34,849 nucleotides of DNA from a virus (IMGVR_UViG_3300044476_000214:1-34849), one strand, 5' to 3'; shown: positions 9,601-18,802, counted from the first letter of the stretch. Numbers and translations: made by a program. The notes: generated by a model not told the origin, from the letters alone.

Positions 9601-10550
9601 AAAGCATAAGGACCATTATCGTTGTATAACTGTTCCGCAGTAAATGAGCCGACCTGACCCCATCCACTGAATACACCAGTAGCGAACTCTGAAAAATCAG
9701 GATTAATAAGCAACGATGTTTTTCTGCCAAAGTCATGCCTGATCTTTACTTTCTTTCCTCCAGACTCAAGCGACATATTAAGGCTTCCCCTGGGAGAGAC
9801 CTCTATGCCTGCGCCCGGATAACCAAGATCGAGCACTGCCGGAGCTGCTTCAGTTGTTTCATATACTCCTGCTGAAGTATAAAGCATACGGGTGCTTTTC
9901 TTATCTGCAGCACGTGTAATTGCCCAGCGACCTCTTCGCTGTGTTATCTCAGCGTTATATTTTTTAAGTATAGCCTCAAGCACTTCATAACAATTCAGCC
10001 CGGCAAATATTTCAGACTCTTCGTATGTCTGAGCAAGAGGAGTGTAAGAATGATTATGTGTTGTTTCAAACAGGTTTATGGCAATGGAATAACCCAGGCT
10101 TAATCCAATTTTATCGATGCAATGGCGAATAATAGTGAGCTGCGAGTTTAGTCCGGTTAAAGTAAATAGTTCATTCTTTAAAAGACCTAAGCCATCGGTA
10201 GCCGTAAATGTCACATTTACTGGAGAAGGAACATAAGGCACCTGATATTGTTGTGGTAAATTATAGCCAACCCAAATAAGCGTATCGGAAGGATCATAAA
10301 GCTCTACCTTAACTTTTTTGTTGCTGTTTGTATAAAATTCCATAAACTCAAAATCAACTTCTTCACGAATTGAAAATTCAAAGGAGGTACCACGGACAAT
10401 GGCTGCTTTATCCTTTCTGAGTTTAAATGGAGATACAGGGACATTTCGATCGATCTGACTACCCTCATACCCATCGAAGTAAACCTTTGCCTTAAAAAGC
10501 CGGTTCTTACGGGTTTTACAGTATAGTTCATATTTAAGACCGAATGCCAT
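6699..10550 (-). CDS. Large tail tip/fibre protein (1283 aa)
   Basis: Directly after the tape measure gene; N-terminal tail-tip-like region (ATDGLGLLK), Gly/Ser linker, fibre motif VDGSGSALDADLLDG, and APFKVTQDGSL. Confidence 0.8.
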   Translation of the reverse strand: MAFGLKYELYCKTRKNRLFKAKVYFDGYEGSQIDRNVPVSPFKLRKDKAAIVRGTSFEFSIREEVDFEFMEFYTNSNKKVKVELYDPSDTLIWVGYNLPQQYQVPYVPSPVNVTFTATDGLGLLKNELFTLTGLNSQLTIIRHCIDKIGLSLGYSIAINLFETTHNHSYTPLAQTYEESEIFAGLNCYEVLEAILKKYNAEITQRRGRWAITRAADKKSTRMLYTSAGVYETTEAAPAVLDLGYPGAGIEVSPRGSLNMSLESGGKKVKIRHDFGRKTSLLINPDFSEFATGVFSGWGQVGSFTAEQLYNDNGPYAFIPGIDNASSCLYQAFDIENAPGEDFVFSVDMGAIGYRLYGGIPIPIPINVQMVIALTDGVDTKYLAKTGLYPNYAAEWVDELTSIDMEVASQIGGTPRMNRLSLITQEIPFSGSLQVTLYRIQGTPAYQYTYTGVAFGNVDLTFVVNGGPYPSAIETEASFTNSSEPLDLPDIDLLTADAPDYVNAALLYFNITRLSNGSATTLWHILGSAVERSILQHLAYDLASLNRIARQKLTGEIKGTGIAFDSIIKHTYNNNREYEIAEGIWDIYEEVFSVTLIELLAWSDESVTFVSVETISTGSPATGGSSGSQVIMGGAEILDALLTVDGSGSALDADLLDGNHGSYYAPIASPSFTGTVTLPVDQYIVATGGYNMFRRTAATHFLFSGATDLQINNNIDTATLIVITNGGSLGVGVSPSYFVHVKKDQAAATELYVENLTNNAAAKAELHLSTLGGNVNLSCDRTNGDFTISGGSGITRLGELVVGSDIGSPSFSSGYAGSGWKNDETSGEYTLTVDKLVVRKALTAYDLDINKINSINGGIVISVACGICLTVSGTTIYMDEDGGSKLIQFAVDDYIRAQIWTGRGIASYIGKVTAVHHDNTYGSAYITATTISGTPWNGMELVQIGNSGDSARQNLIYITASDTNNPYIDMLAGVTAGSFAGKQKLRIGNLTGITDAVFGALSGYGLWSDNAYLSGSLFLPTAGITNEGSSASSIRIYAGDTYANRATAPFKVTQDGSLTATGVVELGTKPSTVDGLTQNLAIKNTDIYEPAYNGDSSGIKINRIGHNGTTDHYRDFVVYDGKENKVFQINGGATTGIYFGTAGNPVTVGIDGSLEVSGQIDFGGNHVEATGTSNITCAASEGDMDDMSISFTPKGSKVLITFCASFYVSSNNQTLWLIINVGGGNVRTMRSYIIGGYQPHALTHIASVTPGSAVTIKMRWSGSTAIQQRGSDDGYRVMTITDLH

Positions 10551-12109
10551 TATGTTGCAATATTTATACGTGCATTTTCATTATTAAGAAGAGCCACCAG
10601 ATCTGAACCTGTTAACTTTAAAAGTACTGTGCCGTCGAGGGTAAGTTTGGTTGGATTTACAGAGGATAGCTGACCGGCTACTGCTGATCCTCCTGATGAG
10701 TAACTTGAAGAAGTCCCTCCATAAGCCATTGCAGAACGAGCATCATTTATTTGTGCAATGGATCCCTTAATTGAAGATCCAAAAGCAACCAATCCCATCC
10801 CTATTGCTATTGAAGCAACACCCCCCATTGATGCGAAAGCTGCTTTTATAGCTTCAATACCGATACCTGCTTTAATTGCCACATTACCCAGAGCAATAAG
10901 CATATCACCAAAGGCAAAGCCAACCATCTGGCGCATATCTCTGAAGCCTGCTAATCCCGAGGAGAAAGCTCCTACCCAATCAGCAAAGCCAGTAGCCAGG
11001 TTTTCTACAGACTGCTCGGTTATATTATACATATCCTGAAGCTCATTACTCACAGCTCCGAGAGTTTGTATCTGACTTTGCTGCAAGCCTTCCAGCGTGC
11101 CTGGGTTATACTTAGCCTCTACTTTTGTAATAAGATTTGCTTTCTTCTCTGCCTCAAAAGCAGCAGCCAGATCCTGGAGAGCTTTTTCCTCGTCACGCAT
11201 CTCCTTTATAAGAGAATTTTTCTGCCTGGTAAGAGAGCGCTCCCACTGGAAGGATTCTGAGACTATATTGTTGTAATTTATATAAGCTTCTGCCAGTGCA
11301 TCCTTTTTATCTCTATCCTGGGTGTCGATCTGCAATGCTGTCTGAGCATTAAGTATCTTCTCAGCTGCAAGCCTTAATGCTTCCTGGTCGAGTTTCTTTT
11401 CAATGGCAGCAGCTGCCATAAGTGCAGCAAATCGTTCTTTAGCAGACAAATCAATATCCCTGCTCTGTAATCTCAGATCTTCGAGCTTAGCCCATTGCTC
11501 TGATTTAATAACATTAAATTCACGTTCTTGTCTTATAATATCGCGATTACTCTCAGCGAGCAATTTTCCCTGGGCAGCAGCTTTAGAAGTAGCATCGGCC
11601 AGACCATACATTGCCTGGCTCATCTTCTTATAACCCTCGCTAAAGTTGCCTTTTAACATATCCCATACTCCACCGCCATACTTGCCAAGGCGTTCCATAA
11701 GTACTGTGCCTGCAGCTTTAAGTTGCCCCATGCCAACGGCAAGTTCTTTTGCCCCTGCAGTTGTTTTTGTGAAATATGTAACAAGCGATGAGAGAACCAG
11801 TATAAGAGCCCCTATACCCGTTGAAGCAAATAACCATTTCAAAGCTTTCATAGAGATGGCAAGAGTATCACCACCAGCTGCAGCACCAACAAATGACTGT
11901 TTTAAATACCCGAGAGATTTTGATGCCAGGGAAACAGCACTTGTAACCCCCGACATATTAACTCCAAACAAAGAAGAGAACTCAGAGATCTTATCTCCGG
12001 CAGCTTCTTTAAATTCGGACATGGCTTTTTCGCCATCCTTTAAACCCTTTTTAAAGTCGGACGTTTCTACCCCAAATTTTGCTTTAAGATTTGTTATTAC
12101 ATTACCCAT
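10550..12109 (-). CDS. Tail tape measure protein
   Basis: N-terminal NLKAKFGVETSDFKKGL, Ala-rich coiled coil, hydrophobic segments (STGIGALILVL); follows the tail chaperones. Confidence 0.85.
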   Translation of the reverse strand: MGNVITNLKAKFGVETSDFKKGLKDGEKAMSEFKEAAGDKISEFSSLFGVNMSGVTSAVSLASKSLGYLKQSFVGAAAGGDTLAISMKALKWLFASTGIGALILVLSSLVTYFTKTTAGAKELAVGMGQLKAAGTVLMERLGKYGGGVWDMLKGNFSEGYKKMSQAMYGLADATSKAAAQGKLLAESNRDIIRQEREFNVIKSEQWAKLEDLRLQSRDIDLSAKERFAALMAAAAIEKKLDQEALRLAAEKILNAQTALQIDTQDRDKKDALAEAYINYNNIVSESFQWERSLTRQKNSLIKEMRDEEKALQDLAAAFEAEKKANLITKVEAKYNPGTLEGLQQSQIQTLGAVSNELQDMYNITEQSVENLATGFADWVGAFSSGLAGFRDMRQMVGFAFGDMLIALGNVAIKAGIGIEAIKAAFASMGGVASIAIGMGLVAFGSSIKGSIAQINDARSAMAYGGTSSSYSSGGSAVAGQLSSVNPTKLTLDGTVLLKLTGSDLVALLNNENARINIAT

Positions 12110-12110
12110 C

Positions 12111-12814
12111 TTAAAAATTGTTTTTCAAAATTTCGTCCTGTTTATCCTGCATTTGTTTTTTCTCTTCGTCTGGTATAGTATCGGTTACCTCTTCTTTTTT
12201 GTCCCAGGGCAAAGGCCAGAGATCTTGTGGTGTTCTGGATCCGCCCTCTATGGGTTGTGTGTTTACAAAATATGTGGTTGCCAATCTTACCAGTTCTGTT
12301 ATGCTTCTTACCTTTTCTGCTTCTGCCTCATAGTACCCCGACATTGCACATAAAAAATCACCAACAAGCATCTTATCAAACCTTTCGGGTGTATATCTGA
12401 GGACACCCAGGGCAAAGCACCGAAAGAAATTATAATTGAATTTCTCTAACAGATCTTCGCTTAACTCTGTTTCCGGAAGTGGAAGAAGGGCTTGCGCCCC
12501 TTTGGCTCCGGACTTTTTTTTTGTCCGCTATTCCCGCTCTGTGAAACAAGTATCAGGGAGAAGGCTACAACATTTTCCATCGTCATAAGCCTTCCAAACT
12601 CAATCTCTGTTAATTGAAATTCTCTCCCGTCTGCGGCTTCGCCTTCAACAGCACAACACCACGCTATTGTCCGTAATGACTGAATATCAGCATTACCACC
12701 AATGAAGTCTGTGAGCTTAATATCTGTAAGCATAGATACCTGGCACACAACGTTCATGTTAAAACATATGCGCACCCGGGTGCCATCAGACAGGGTTAAG
12801 TAATCTGCTTTCAT
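12111..12814 (-). CDS. Tail assembly chaperone, long -1 frameshift product (gpGT-like, 234 aa)
   Basis: The -1 frame from the A9 run is open (KSGAKGAQALLPLPETELSEDLLEKFNYNFFRCFALGVLRYTPERFDK) and joins ORF 12111..12371. Confidence 0.8.
12461..12814 (-). CDS. Tail assembly chaperone (gpG-like)
   Basis: Lies between tail tube and tape measure genes; slippery sequence near the 3' end. Confidence 0.8.
   Translation of the reverse strand: MKADYLTLSDGTRVRICFNMNVVCQVSMLTDIKLTDFIGGNADIQSLRTIAWCCAVEGEAADGREFQLTEIEFGRLMTMENVVAFSLILVSQSGNSGQKKSPEPKGRKPFFHFRKQS
12472..12522 (-). promoter_or_regulatory. -1 ribosomal frameshift signal
   Basis: CAA AAA AAA AGT (A9, 12514-12522) followed by a TCCGGAG...TTCCGGA stem enclosing a GGGC-GCAA-GCCC hairpin. 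Confidence 0.75.
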
Positions 12815-13245
12815 TATGCCTGTGCTCCGTAGGTAAGTGTTCCTTTTTTAGCTGTAATGGTTCCACTCCAGCTGCCCATTTTCTTTTCTGAACCGCCATC
12901 TTCACTCCAGTCGGTCAGATATCCGTAACCGGTTACCTGCTGCGCACCTGTTGCCATACGTCCGTAAACGAATGCAACCTGAGCGCCCAGGGCAGAAGCT
13001 ATCCTGAGGGTTTCAAAATCTTCGTGTGTAGCTGAGAGAGATCCGTCGCGCTGCAAAGTTTTTCCGGCAATAGACATCTCAGTATCGCAATCAACAAATT
13101 CCTTACTTGCATTACCTTCGTTTTCTTTCAGCAATACCTCGTCGAAGTTTGGCTTATTCTTAAAGCCGGTTGTTTCCAACCCCTTAATCAGCTTGGTGCC
13201 ATATTTAATGGTGAGCTGATATTGATAAATCTTTGTGTCTGCCAT
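12814..13245 (-). CDS. Major tail tube protein
   Basis: 143 aa; VTGYGYLTDWSEDG...SWSGTIT...GTL tube-protein pattern; gene position. Confidence 0.75.
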   Translation of the reverse strand: MADTKIYQYQLTIKYGTKLIKGLETTGFKNKPNFDEVLLKENEGNASKEFVDCDTEMSIAGKTLQRDGSLSATHEDFETLRIASALGAQVAFVYGRMATGAQQVTGYGYLTDWSEDGGSEKKMGSWSGTITAKKGTLTYGAQA

Positions 13246-13256
13246 TGTATTGTTAT

Positions 13257-13625
13257 TTAACGTGTTAAAGTTTCTACTGTAAACCTGATATTATTTGCGT
13301 ACAGGCGCTGTTCCTGGTCGAACCCCGGATCGTCGCCTTCGTAATTTACTTGCTCAAAGGTGGTACTGTCCTTAGTTGTGCCTGCCAGTGCTTCTATTGC
13401 TGGACGTACCAGGGCAGCAAATGCATTTACATTATCAGGCAATACATCGATTATCAGGATCTCAACCAGGTAGTTATAATTCGATATCCCTTCTTTTAGA
13501 AGCGATGGAGGAAGCTCAGTTTCTGTGTGAACACAGTACGGAGTAAGAATCTTCTCGTCGCCCACCATCGAGAAGGTATTTGTAATTATCGCTTCAACTG
13601 TTGCCTGTATTGCTTCGCCTATCAT
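13257..13625 (-). CDS. Tail terminator/completion protein
   Basis: Acidic 122-aa protein with TPYCVH, located between the gp10-like and tail tube genes. Confidence 0.6.
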   Translation of the reverse strand: MIGEAIQATVEAIITNTFSMVGDEKILTPYCVHTETELPPSLLKEGISNYNYLVEILIIDVLPDNVNAFAALVRPAIEALAGTTKDSTTFEQVNYEGDDPGFDQEQRLYANNIRFTVETLTR

Positions 13626-14128
13626 TTTGCTGCGTATTTCTCAAAAAACTTTATTGTTTCCTTTTCAACTGTTTCCTCAAAATTTTTCTGTGCCTGTGCC
13701 GAACTCTGGTCCCATGCTTTTTCAATAAACATACCTGCTTTAATGCCACCTGAAGATCCTGCTGTTTTTTTCCTTCGCGGGGTAATGAATGAGTGTTCAG
13801 CGGAGCGCCCTGCCATTGTGCCGTAATTATGCCAGTAAATTAGCTGCCACGGACTCCACCTCTTTCCTCTCCGGTTTTGGTACGTAATACCTTTACTGAA
13901 GATCCCCACACCCATCTCCGGTTCCTTAGTTTTATAGGCAACTGCTTTTATCGACCTGGCGGCTCCCCTGAGGTTTGCCGGAAGATTGCTTTTCATTGCT
14001 TTTTTTACAGGTGCCGATGCTTTACGAAAGCCTGCCATAATTGGCTTACGATAACCCATTTCGGGAAACTCTTTGAATATCTTATTAAGATTTTCTATTC
14101 CCTGAAATGTTACAATTACCGCGCTCAC
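13622..14128 (-). CDS. HK97 gp10-like tail completion protein
   Basis: FQGIENLNKIF start, YWHNYGT and FIEKAWD motifs; basic. Confidence 0.75.
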   Translation of the reverse strand: MSAVIVTFQGIENLNKIFKEFPEMGYRKPIMAGFRKASAPVKKAMKSNLPANLRGAARSIKAVAYKTKEPEMGVGIFSKGITYQNRRGKRWSPWQLIYWHNYGTMAGRSAEHSFITPRRKKTAGSSGGIKAGMFIEKAWDQSSAQAQKNFEETVEKETIKFFEKYAAK

Positions 14129-14451
14129 TCTGTAATCCTTTCTGCAAGTATTTCAATGAACAATTTATTATCAGCTGCAGGCATAACCTGCAGAATGTTA
14201 TATTGAATGCTGTCGTCAACCAGTCGCATTGTTTCGTTTATGGCACTGGTAACATTAAGCGTGTATTTAAACCTGGTAGATATTGTTATGCGGTTATTCT
14301 GAAAAGCTTCGGGGGAATCGCCAACCATAACCCGCGATGCCATTCTGTAGAATAAATGGGCAAAAGTATTTATGGCAGCTCCCTGACCACTTTTTGTTTT
14401 CACGGGGTGCTTAATCTCAATCCTTCTATCCATTTTTCCTATCTGTCCCAT
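14125..14451 (-). CDS. Head closure/head-tail adaptor
   Basis: IGKMDRRIEI...MRLV...YNILQV pattern of SPP1 gp16-like proteins. Confidence 0.8.
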   Translation of the reverse strand: MGQIGKMDRRIEIKHPVKTKSGQGAAINTFAHLFYRMASRVMVGDSPEAFQNNRITISTRFKYTLNVTSAINETMRLVDDSIQYNILQVMPAADNKLFIEILAERITE

Positions 14452-14456
14452 ATCTC

Positions 14457-15050
14457 TCAGAATCTCTGTACCCTGTACTTTCTCAATATCCTTTCAGCTG
14501 CTGTCTGGCGCACACCCATACCAAAGTTCAGCATTGCATTCTCCGGGTTGAGATATCGCTCAGTAGCCAGGAGAATAATTGCATCTTTAATATCTTTCGG
14601 TATCTCAGCCGATGTTGCCCATCCGTTTGTAAACTCAATCTCCACTCCGTTTAACCGGTCGCTATAAACACTGTAAGTATTCACAAACTTTAACCGGGCA
14701 CTCAGCAGAATATTATCGAGCATATAATCGGCTGCTGCCATTGTTGTAAGCACATTGGATGAGTTATAATACTTAACTGTGCTTATTACTGCAACCGGAC
14801 CAAGTGTTATAAGCATCTCTTTCGATGCCGGAAAATCGTCGAGATATAAGGTATATGTTGCCCTGGCAAACTGGCGACCGATATCGGTCTGCACCAACTC
14901 GATAACATTATCGAGGATCTCCTGCAGATATTCATTCTGCGAGTTATCGTCCTCGTCCTGGGTACCGATACGCAAGTTGCGCTTGAACTGATCGAGCTCC
15001 AGTACACTGAATATTGGCGCAGTCTTTATCTTATATCTCGGCTCTTCCAT
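14457..15050 (-). CDS. Head-tail connector (HK97 gp6/phiE125 gp8-like)
   Basis: KRNLRI, LYLDDFP, VEIEFTNGW...IPKDIKDAIILLATERYLN. Confidence 0.85.
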   Translation of the reverse strand: MEEPRYKIKTAPIFSVLELDQFKRNLRIGTQDEDDNSQNEYLQEILDNVIELVQTDIGRQFARATYTLYLDDFPASKEMLITLGPVAVISTVKYYNSSNVLTTMAAADYMLDNILLSARLKFVNTYSVYSDRLNGVEIEFTNGWATSAEIPKDIKDAIILLATERYLNPENAMLNFGMGVRQTAAERILRKYRVQRF

Positions 15051-15064
15051 GTAGGTTAAGATCT

Positions 15065-15388
15065 CTACCCTTTCAGGTACTTGTTAATCTTTTTCAGAAT
15101 ATTGTTGCTTATGCCAATAACATCGAGCAAGCCTTCACCGGCTGCAATAACCTTATCGAGAGTATCATAACCTGCTGCAAACAACTTATCTCTTGCCGGC
15201 AGATCTGCAGGAAGAGTGTTCACAACATCTGTAGATATTACGGAAGCAGCATCGCCCTCTGCATCGGGAACCGGAAGGATATAACCCAGGGGAAGAAGCT
15301 TTTCAGCCCACTCGGGGGTAACATAACCAACATCGCCGGCGCTGTATGCAAATTTGAAATGTGCTTTTAACCACTTAACTTTTATCAT
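15065..15388 (-). CDS. Capsid-adjacent protein with C-terminal helix-hairpin-helix-like domain
   Basis: N-terminal AGDVGYV...AEKLL..GY small domain; C-terminal KLFAAGYDTLDKV...LLDVIGISNNILKKI. Confidence 0.55.
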   Translation of the reverse strand: MIKVKWLKAHFKFAYSAGDVGYVTPEWAEKLLPLGYILPVPDAEGDAASVISTDVVNTLPADLPARDKLFAAGYDTLDKVIAAGEGLLDVIGISNNILKKINKYLKG

Positions 15389-15408
15389 TGCTGTATTTTT
15401 TTGTTTTA

Positions 15409-15444
15409 AGAAAGAGTACCCCCGGAACTAAGCCGGGGGTCTCT
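15409..15444 (-). terminator. Stem-loop/terminator after the major capsid gene
   Basis: Perfect 8-bp stem ACCCCCGG (15418-15425)/CCGGGGGT (15433-15440), followed by CTCTTTCTT on the minus strand. Confidence 0.7.
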
Positions 15445-15471
15445 CCCCTAACTAACCAAACCTATGAAAAA

Positions 15472-16746
15472 CTAAGAGCCACATTTAGCATCTTTCATTG
15501 CTGCAAATGCCTCAGGACGGGTAATAGCCACATCGTAGAAAGCATTCAGTATGAGGTTAACCAGGTATGATTTTGCACCGGTTATATTATCGACAGTAAG
15601 ATCGAGAGCACCGAACTGACCAATGGTCATCTCGTTCCAGTTTCCGAATATGATTGCAGAGCAAACAGCACTCTGATTGCCTTTTGTAAGGTTATCAGGT
15701 ACCAGGCTTGTTACGCCTGCTTTATATCCCAGAAGTGTATCTCTTACAATCGGATCCCATACTCTCTGCGGGTGACCTGATTCGATGGCTGTGCTCTGAA
15801 GTTTCCAGCGAGCCTGTGGTGAGCAAAGGAATGCCAGTGCGCCAAAGTCGCAGTTATCGATAGCAACCTCGCGAATAAGGGCAAGCATGTGGGCATGTGT
15901 TGGAGCAGCTCCATCGGTTCCGCCAATTACGTTACCAATACCAGAAGTTGCAAGTAACCCTGTACATGCGTGTGTTCCGCCGGCAATAGCTCCACCCTGA
16001 AGCTTAACTGCAGTTGCAGTAATAAGATGATCCCAAAGCCTACGCTCAACATCGACTGAACTCTGAACAAGTAACAGTTTAGATACCGGTAAGAAGTTAG
16101 CAATTCTCTTCGGGGTAAGGGTGTACTTATTGAATGCACCAGCTGCATCAACACTCTCCTCGTTTTCGGGCAGCCATTCAGTTGCCGGAGCTGTGCTCAT
16201 GTATGGGAGATCCACGTTACCTGTTAATCCGCTCATTGTCTGAGCGCCAAGCTCAACAAGTAAAGTTTTAGCATACACTGCATCAATGAACCCCATTGGA
16301 GTTGTAGCCACTGTTGGGTTTGATGCTGCAACGATAGTTGCCCTGTTTGCAATGGGTTTGTGTGCGAGGATCCTGTTAGAGATACCCAGCCCCATAATAC
16401 CACCCTGGCCAATAGCTTCGTTCTCGCGTGCAGCTTCTTCACTCATCTCTGCTTCCAGTCCGGTAAGCCTGCCATTAAGGAACTCACGCAATGCCTTTGT
16501 GAGGCTGTACTTTCCGAAGTCTTTAACTTCATCTTTGCTAACATCAGCACCTTTACCTGCAGCTGCAATTCTCTGCTGACTTTCAATCTGCTCCTGGCGT
16601 GCAATCTCTTTATCGAGGTTTGCTACCAGTGTTTCGGTTTCGTCCCACCGGGTTTTTTCAGCTTCGGTGAGCTCTGCCTTATTGGCCAAAATATTCCTTT
16701 CAGCCATCAGGCCCTCTTTCTGCCTTTTTAATTCGAGACTTTTCAT
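15472..16746 (-). CDS. Major capsid protein, HK97 fold
   Basis: N-terminal coiled-coil delta domain, YSLTKALR, WLPEN, TLTPKRIA, IIFGNWNE, RPEAFA. Confidence 0.93.
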   Translation of the reverse strand: MKSLELKRQKEGLMAERNILANKAELTEAEKTRWDETETLVANLDKEIARQEQIESQQRIAAAGKGADVSKDEVKDFGKYSLTKALREFLNGRLTGLEAEMSEEAARENEAIGQGGIMGLGISNRILAHKPIANRATIVAASNPTVATTPMGFIDAVYAKTLLVELGAQTMSGLTGNVDLPYMSTAPATEWLPENEESVDAAGAFNKYTLTPKRIANFLPVSKLLLVQSSVDVERRLWDHLITATAVKLQGGAIAGGTHACTGLLATSGIGNVIGGTDGAAPTHAHMLALIREVAIDNCDFGALAFLCSPQARWKLQSTAIESGHPQRVWDPIVRDTLLGYKAGVTSLVPDNLTKGNQSAVCSAIIFGNWNEMTIGQFGALDLTVDNITGAKSYLVNLILNAFYDVAITRPEAFAAMKDAKCGS

Positions 16747-16790
16747 TTGTTTAAAAATTATTGATTATTAATAAAATAGCCTACTGGCTG

Positions 16791-17462
16791 TTATTTACTG
16801 TTAAGTATTCTCTGTAACCTTGCAATCTGTTCTTTCTGAGCGCTGTTTTCTCTTAATAAATTCTGCTTTTCTTTTTGAAGATTTGATATTAAAAGCTTAT
16901 CCTGGGAATTAAAGTCCTGTTCTGCCCGAGAAGCTTTTTCAATATCAACCATAGTTGCTCCATATGCCCCATGTACGGTACAGATTGCAACATCGTACAG
17001 AGCACTAACTTCATTTACCACATGAAGAAGTTCACCTTCCCCATCTCGTTCCCATTTTTCTCCGGTATCTTCAATGCTAAAAGCAAAAGAGCAGTCAGTA
17101 TAATCACCTCTTTTTATCATTTCCCATGTATCATTACCAGCCTGGGTATCGGGGACTGATGCTTTAAATTTTAATCCGCGGGAATCACTTGTAAGAGAAA
17201 GTGTCCCTGATATTGTCCTTGCCAGAGTAATTAATTTCTGATGGTTAATTGTAAGGACCACATCTAATTTTTCATCGACTATAACCCTGTCAAAACAACC
17301 AGGTATAAGAACTTCATGAAAAACCCTTCCCGATTCGTATATTATTCTACTGCGGGAATTATATACAGCAGCATATCCGGTAAAGTATTTTTTATTTTCC
17401 TCGCCTATTTCAGCCCTTATCAGAGGCTCCTTTTCGTCGTGCGAAATTCTTGTCTGTTTCAT
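16791..17462 (-). CDS. HK97-family prohead protease
   Basis: FTGYAAVYNS, INHQ...LART, DSRGLKF, CSFAF, LYDVAICT motifs. Confidence 0.92.
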   Translation of the reverse strand: MKQTRISHDEKEPLIRAEIGEENKKYFTGYAAVYNSRSRIIYESGRVFHEVLIPGCFDRVIVDEKLDVVLTINHQKLITLARTISGTLSLTSDSRGLKFKASVPDTQAGNDTWEMIKRGDYTDCSFAFSIEDTGEKWERDGEGELLHVVNEVSALYDVAICTVHGAYGATMVDIEKASRAEQDFNSQDKLLISNLQKEKQNLLRENSAQKEQIARLQRILNSK

Positions 17463-18691
17463 GATGTAATAGTTTTTCCTGCTTTGCCTGCATTTTCATT
17501 ACCTACTATGTTTGCCGGAGTATAAAACTCATCACCACCAGGGCGTGGGTTTTTGTTTATCAAGGCTCGTCCTTCGTTTGGCGACATTACTCCTATCTGA
17601 ACCATTTCTTTAATATGCTGAGTAACCGATGCCAGGTCGCCCCTCAGTAATGCATCGAGGTTATATCTGATTTTAATAACATTTTTTTCTTTAGGAAGCA
17701 GAAGCTTATCTTCGAGCTCCGTCTCCATGCGTTTGAGAGTTGCCCTGAAAGAATATTTTATCAGCTGCAGATCCTGATGCTCTATATTGGAGAAGGTTGA
17801 CCTGCTTAGATCGTTAAGCATATGAACAGGCAGGTTGAACCAGCGGGCAACATCCTGAATACTGAACTGGCGTGTTTGAAGGAATTGTGCTGCATCGGGA
17901 GCAATGGTGAGAGGTTTAAGTTTCATACCATACTCCAAGATGGGAGTTTCATGGTCGCCATCAATTCCGGTATAATTCTCCTGCCATCTTTTTTTCCAAG
18001 CAAGAAACTCGGGATCTGACATGTGTCCCTCGGTTTCAATAACCTGCTTCAGGTTTCCTCCCTTGCGGAAATATTTAGCACCAAACTTTTCAGCTGCAAG
18101 GCCCAGCCCGATATTATCCTTTGCAACCTGTATAGGAGATTTACCCCAAAGCCCTGTGGTTGTGAAACCCTTATAATGAATAACCTCTTCACTGAAGAAA
18201 GTTCCTTTAATACCAAGCTCCCTGTCGTTTATATCGTAAAACATCCGGCCATCGAGCAACTTAGCAGTTACTGCAGAAGGATGTACGGGCATAAGCGCTA
18301 TTGGTTTTGCTCCGCCGGATCTGTTAATAATACTTACGCCGTTACCCCAGCCATGTAACCAGGCACTCATAAGCTCGTTCCAGGTGAAGCGGTTCATTAA
18401 ACCGTTTGGATTCAAAAGCACTTCCTGAGCATCGTGTTCTATCTGGGTACGATATCCCTTTTTTTCTTCGTAAAATTCTATTGGTAGCGATGGAGGAAGT
18501 TCAGACCATATTCTCATTGCCTGCCAAACTGCAGAAAAAGCGAGAGCAGTTTCTTCGGTAACATTAACACCGCTTTCAGAGCCACCCATTAACCCGGCAA
18601 GGTTGCCTTTTAATAAACTACTGGTATCCCTGGTGTGCGGATTCCTAAAAGCATTAATACGATCTTTTAAACTTACCTTCTCATTTCGCAT
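17459..18691 (-). CDS. Portal protein, HK97 family
   Basis: TALAFSAVWQA, GKSPI, DAAQFLQTRQF, VARWFNLP, STFSNIEHQ, MSPNEGR. Confidence 0.95.
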   Translation of the reverse strand: MRNEKVSLKDRINAFRNPHTRDTSSLLKGNLAGLMGGSESGVNVTEETALAFSAVWQAMRIWSELPPSLPIEFYEEKKGYRTQIEHDAQEVLLNPNGLMNRFTWNELMSAWLHGWGNGVSIINRSGGAKPIALMPVHPSAVTAKLLDGRMFYDINDRELGIKGTFFSEEVIHYKGFTTTGLWGKSPIQVAKDNIGLGLAAEKFGAKYFRKGGNLKQVIETEGHMSDPEFLAWKKRWQENYTGIDGDHETPILEYGMKLKPLTIAPDAAQFLQTRQFSIQDVARWFNLPVHMLNDLSRSTFSNIEHQDLQLIKYSFRATLKRMETELEDKLLLPKEKNVIKIRYNLDALLRGDLASVTQHIKEMVQIGVMSPNEGRALINKNPRPGGDEFYTPANIVGNENAGKAGKTITS

Positions 18692-18777
18692 CGAAAGTTG
18701 TAGTATAAAATGTTACTACAAAATTCAGCTGATTTAACCGGTCAGTTATGGAACATTGTTTACAAGTGAGAGAATAA

Positions 18778-18802
18778 AATAAAAAAAGCGCCGGAGAGGC
18801 GC
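18778..18802 (-). terminator. Rho-independent terminator upstream of the portal operon
   Basis: Minus strand GCGCC-TCTCC-GGCGC followed by TTTTTTTATT. Confidence 0.7.

Noticed and set aside
3467-10550. Tail fibre or beta-helix protein as a third DGR target
   Set aside because: No match to the TR constant segments (GTTTTGTCGTCC, GTC.GTTCCC.CCT) found by eye, and the C-termini lack the VR peptide. A computational scan should confirm.
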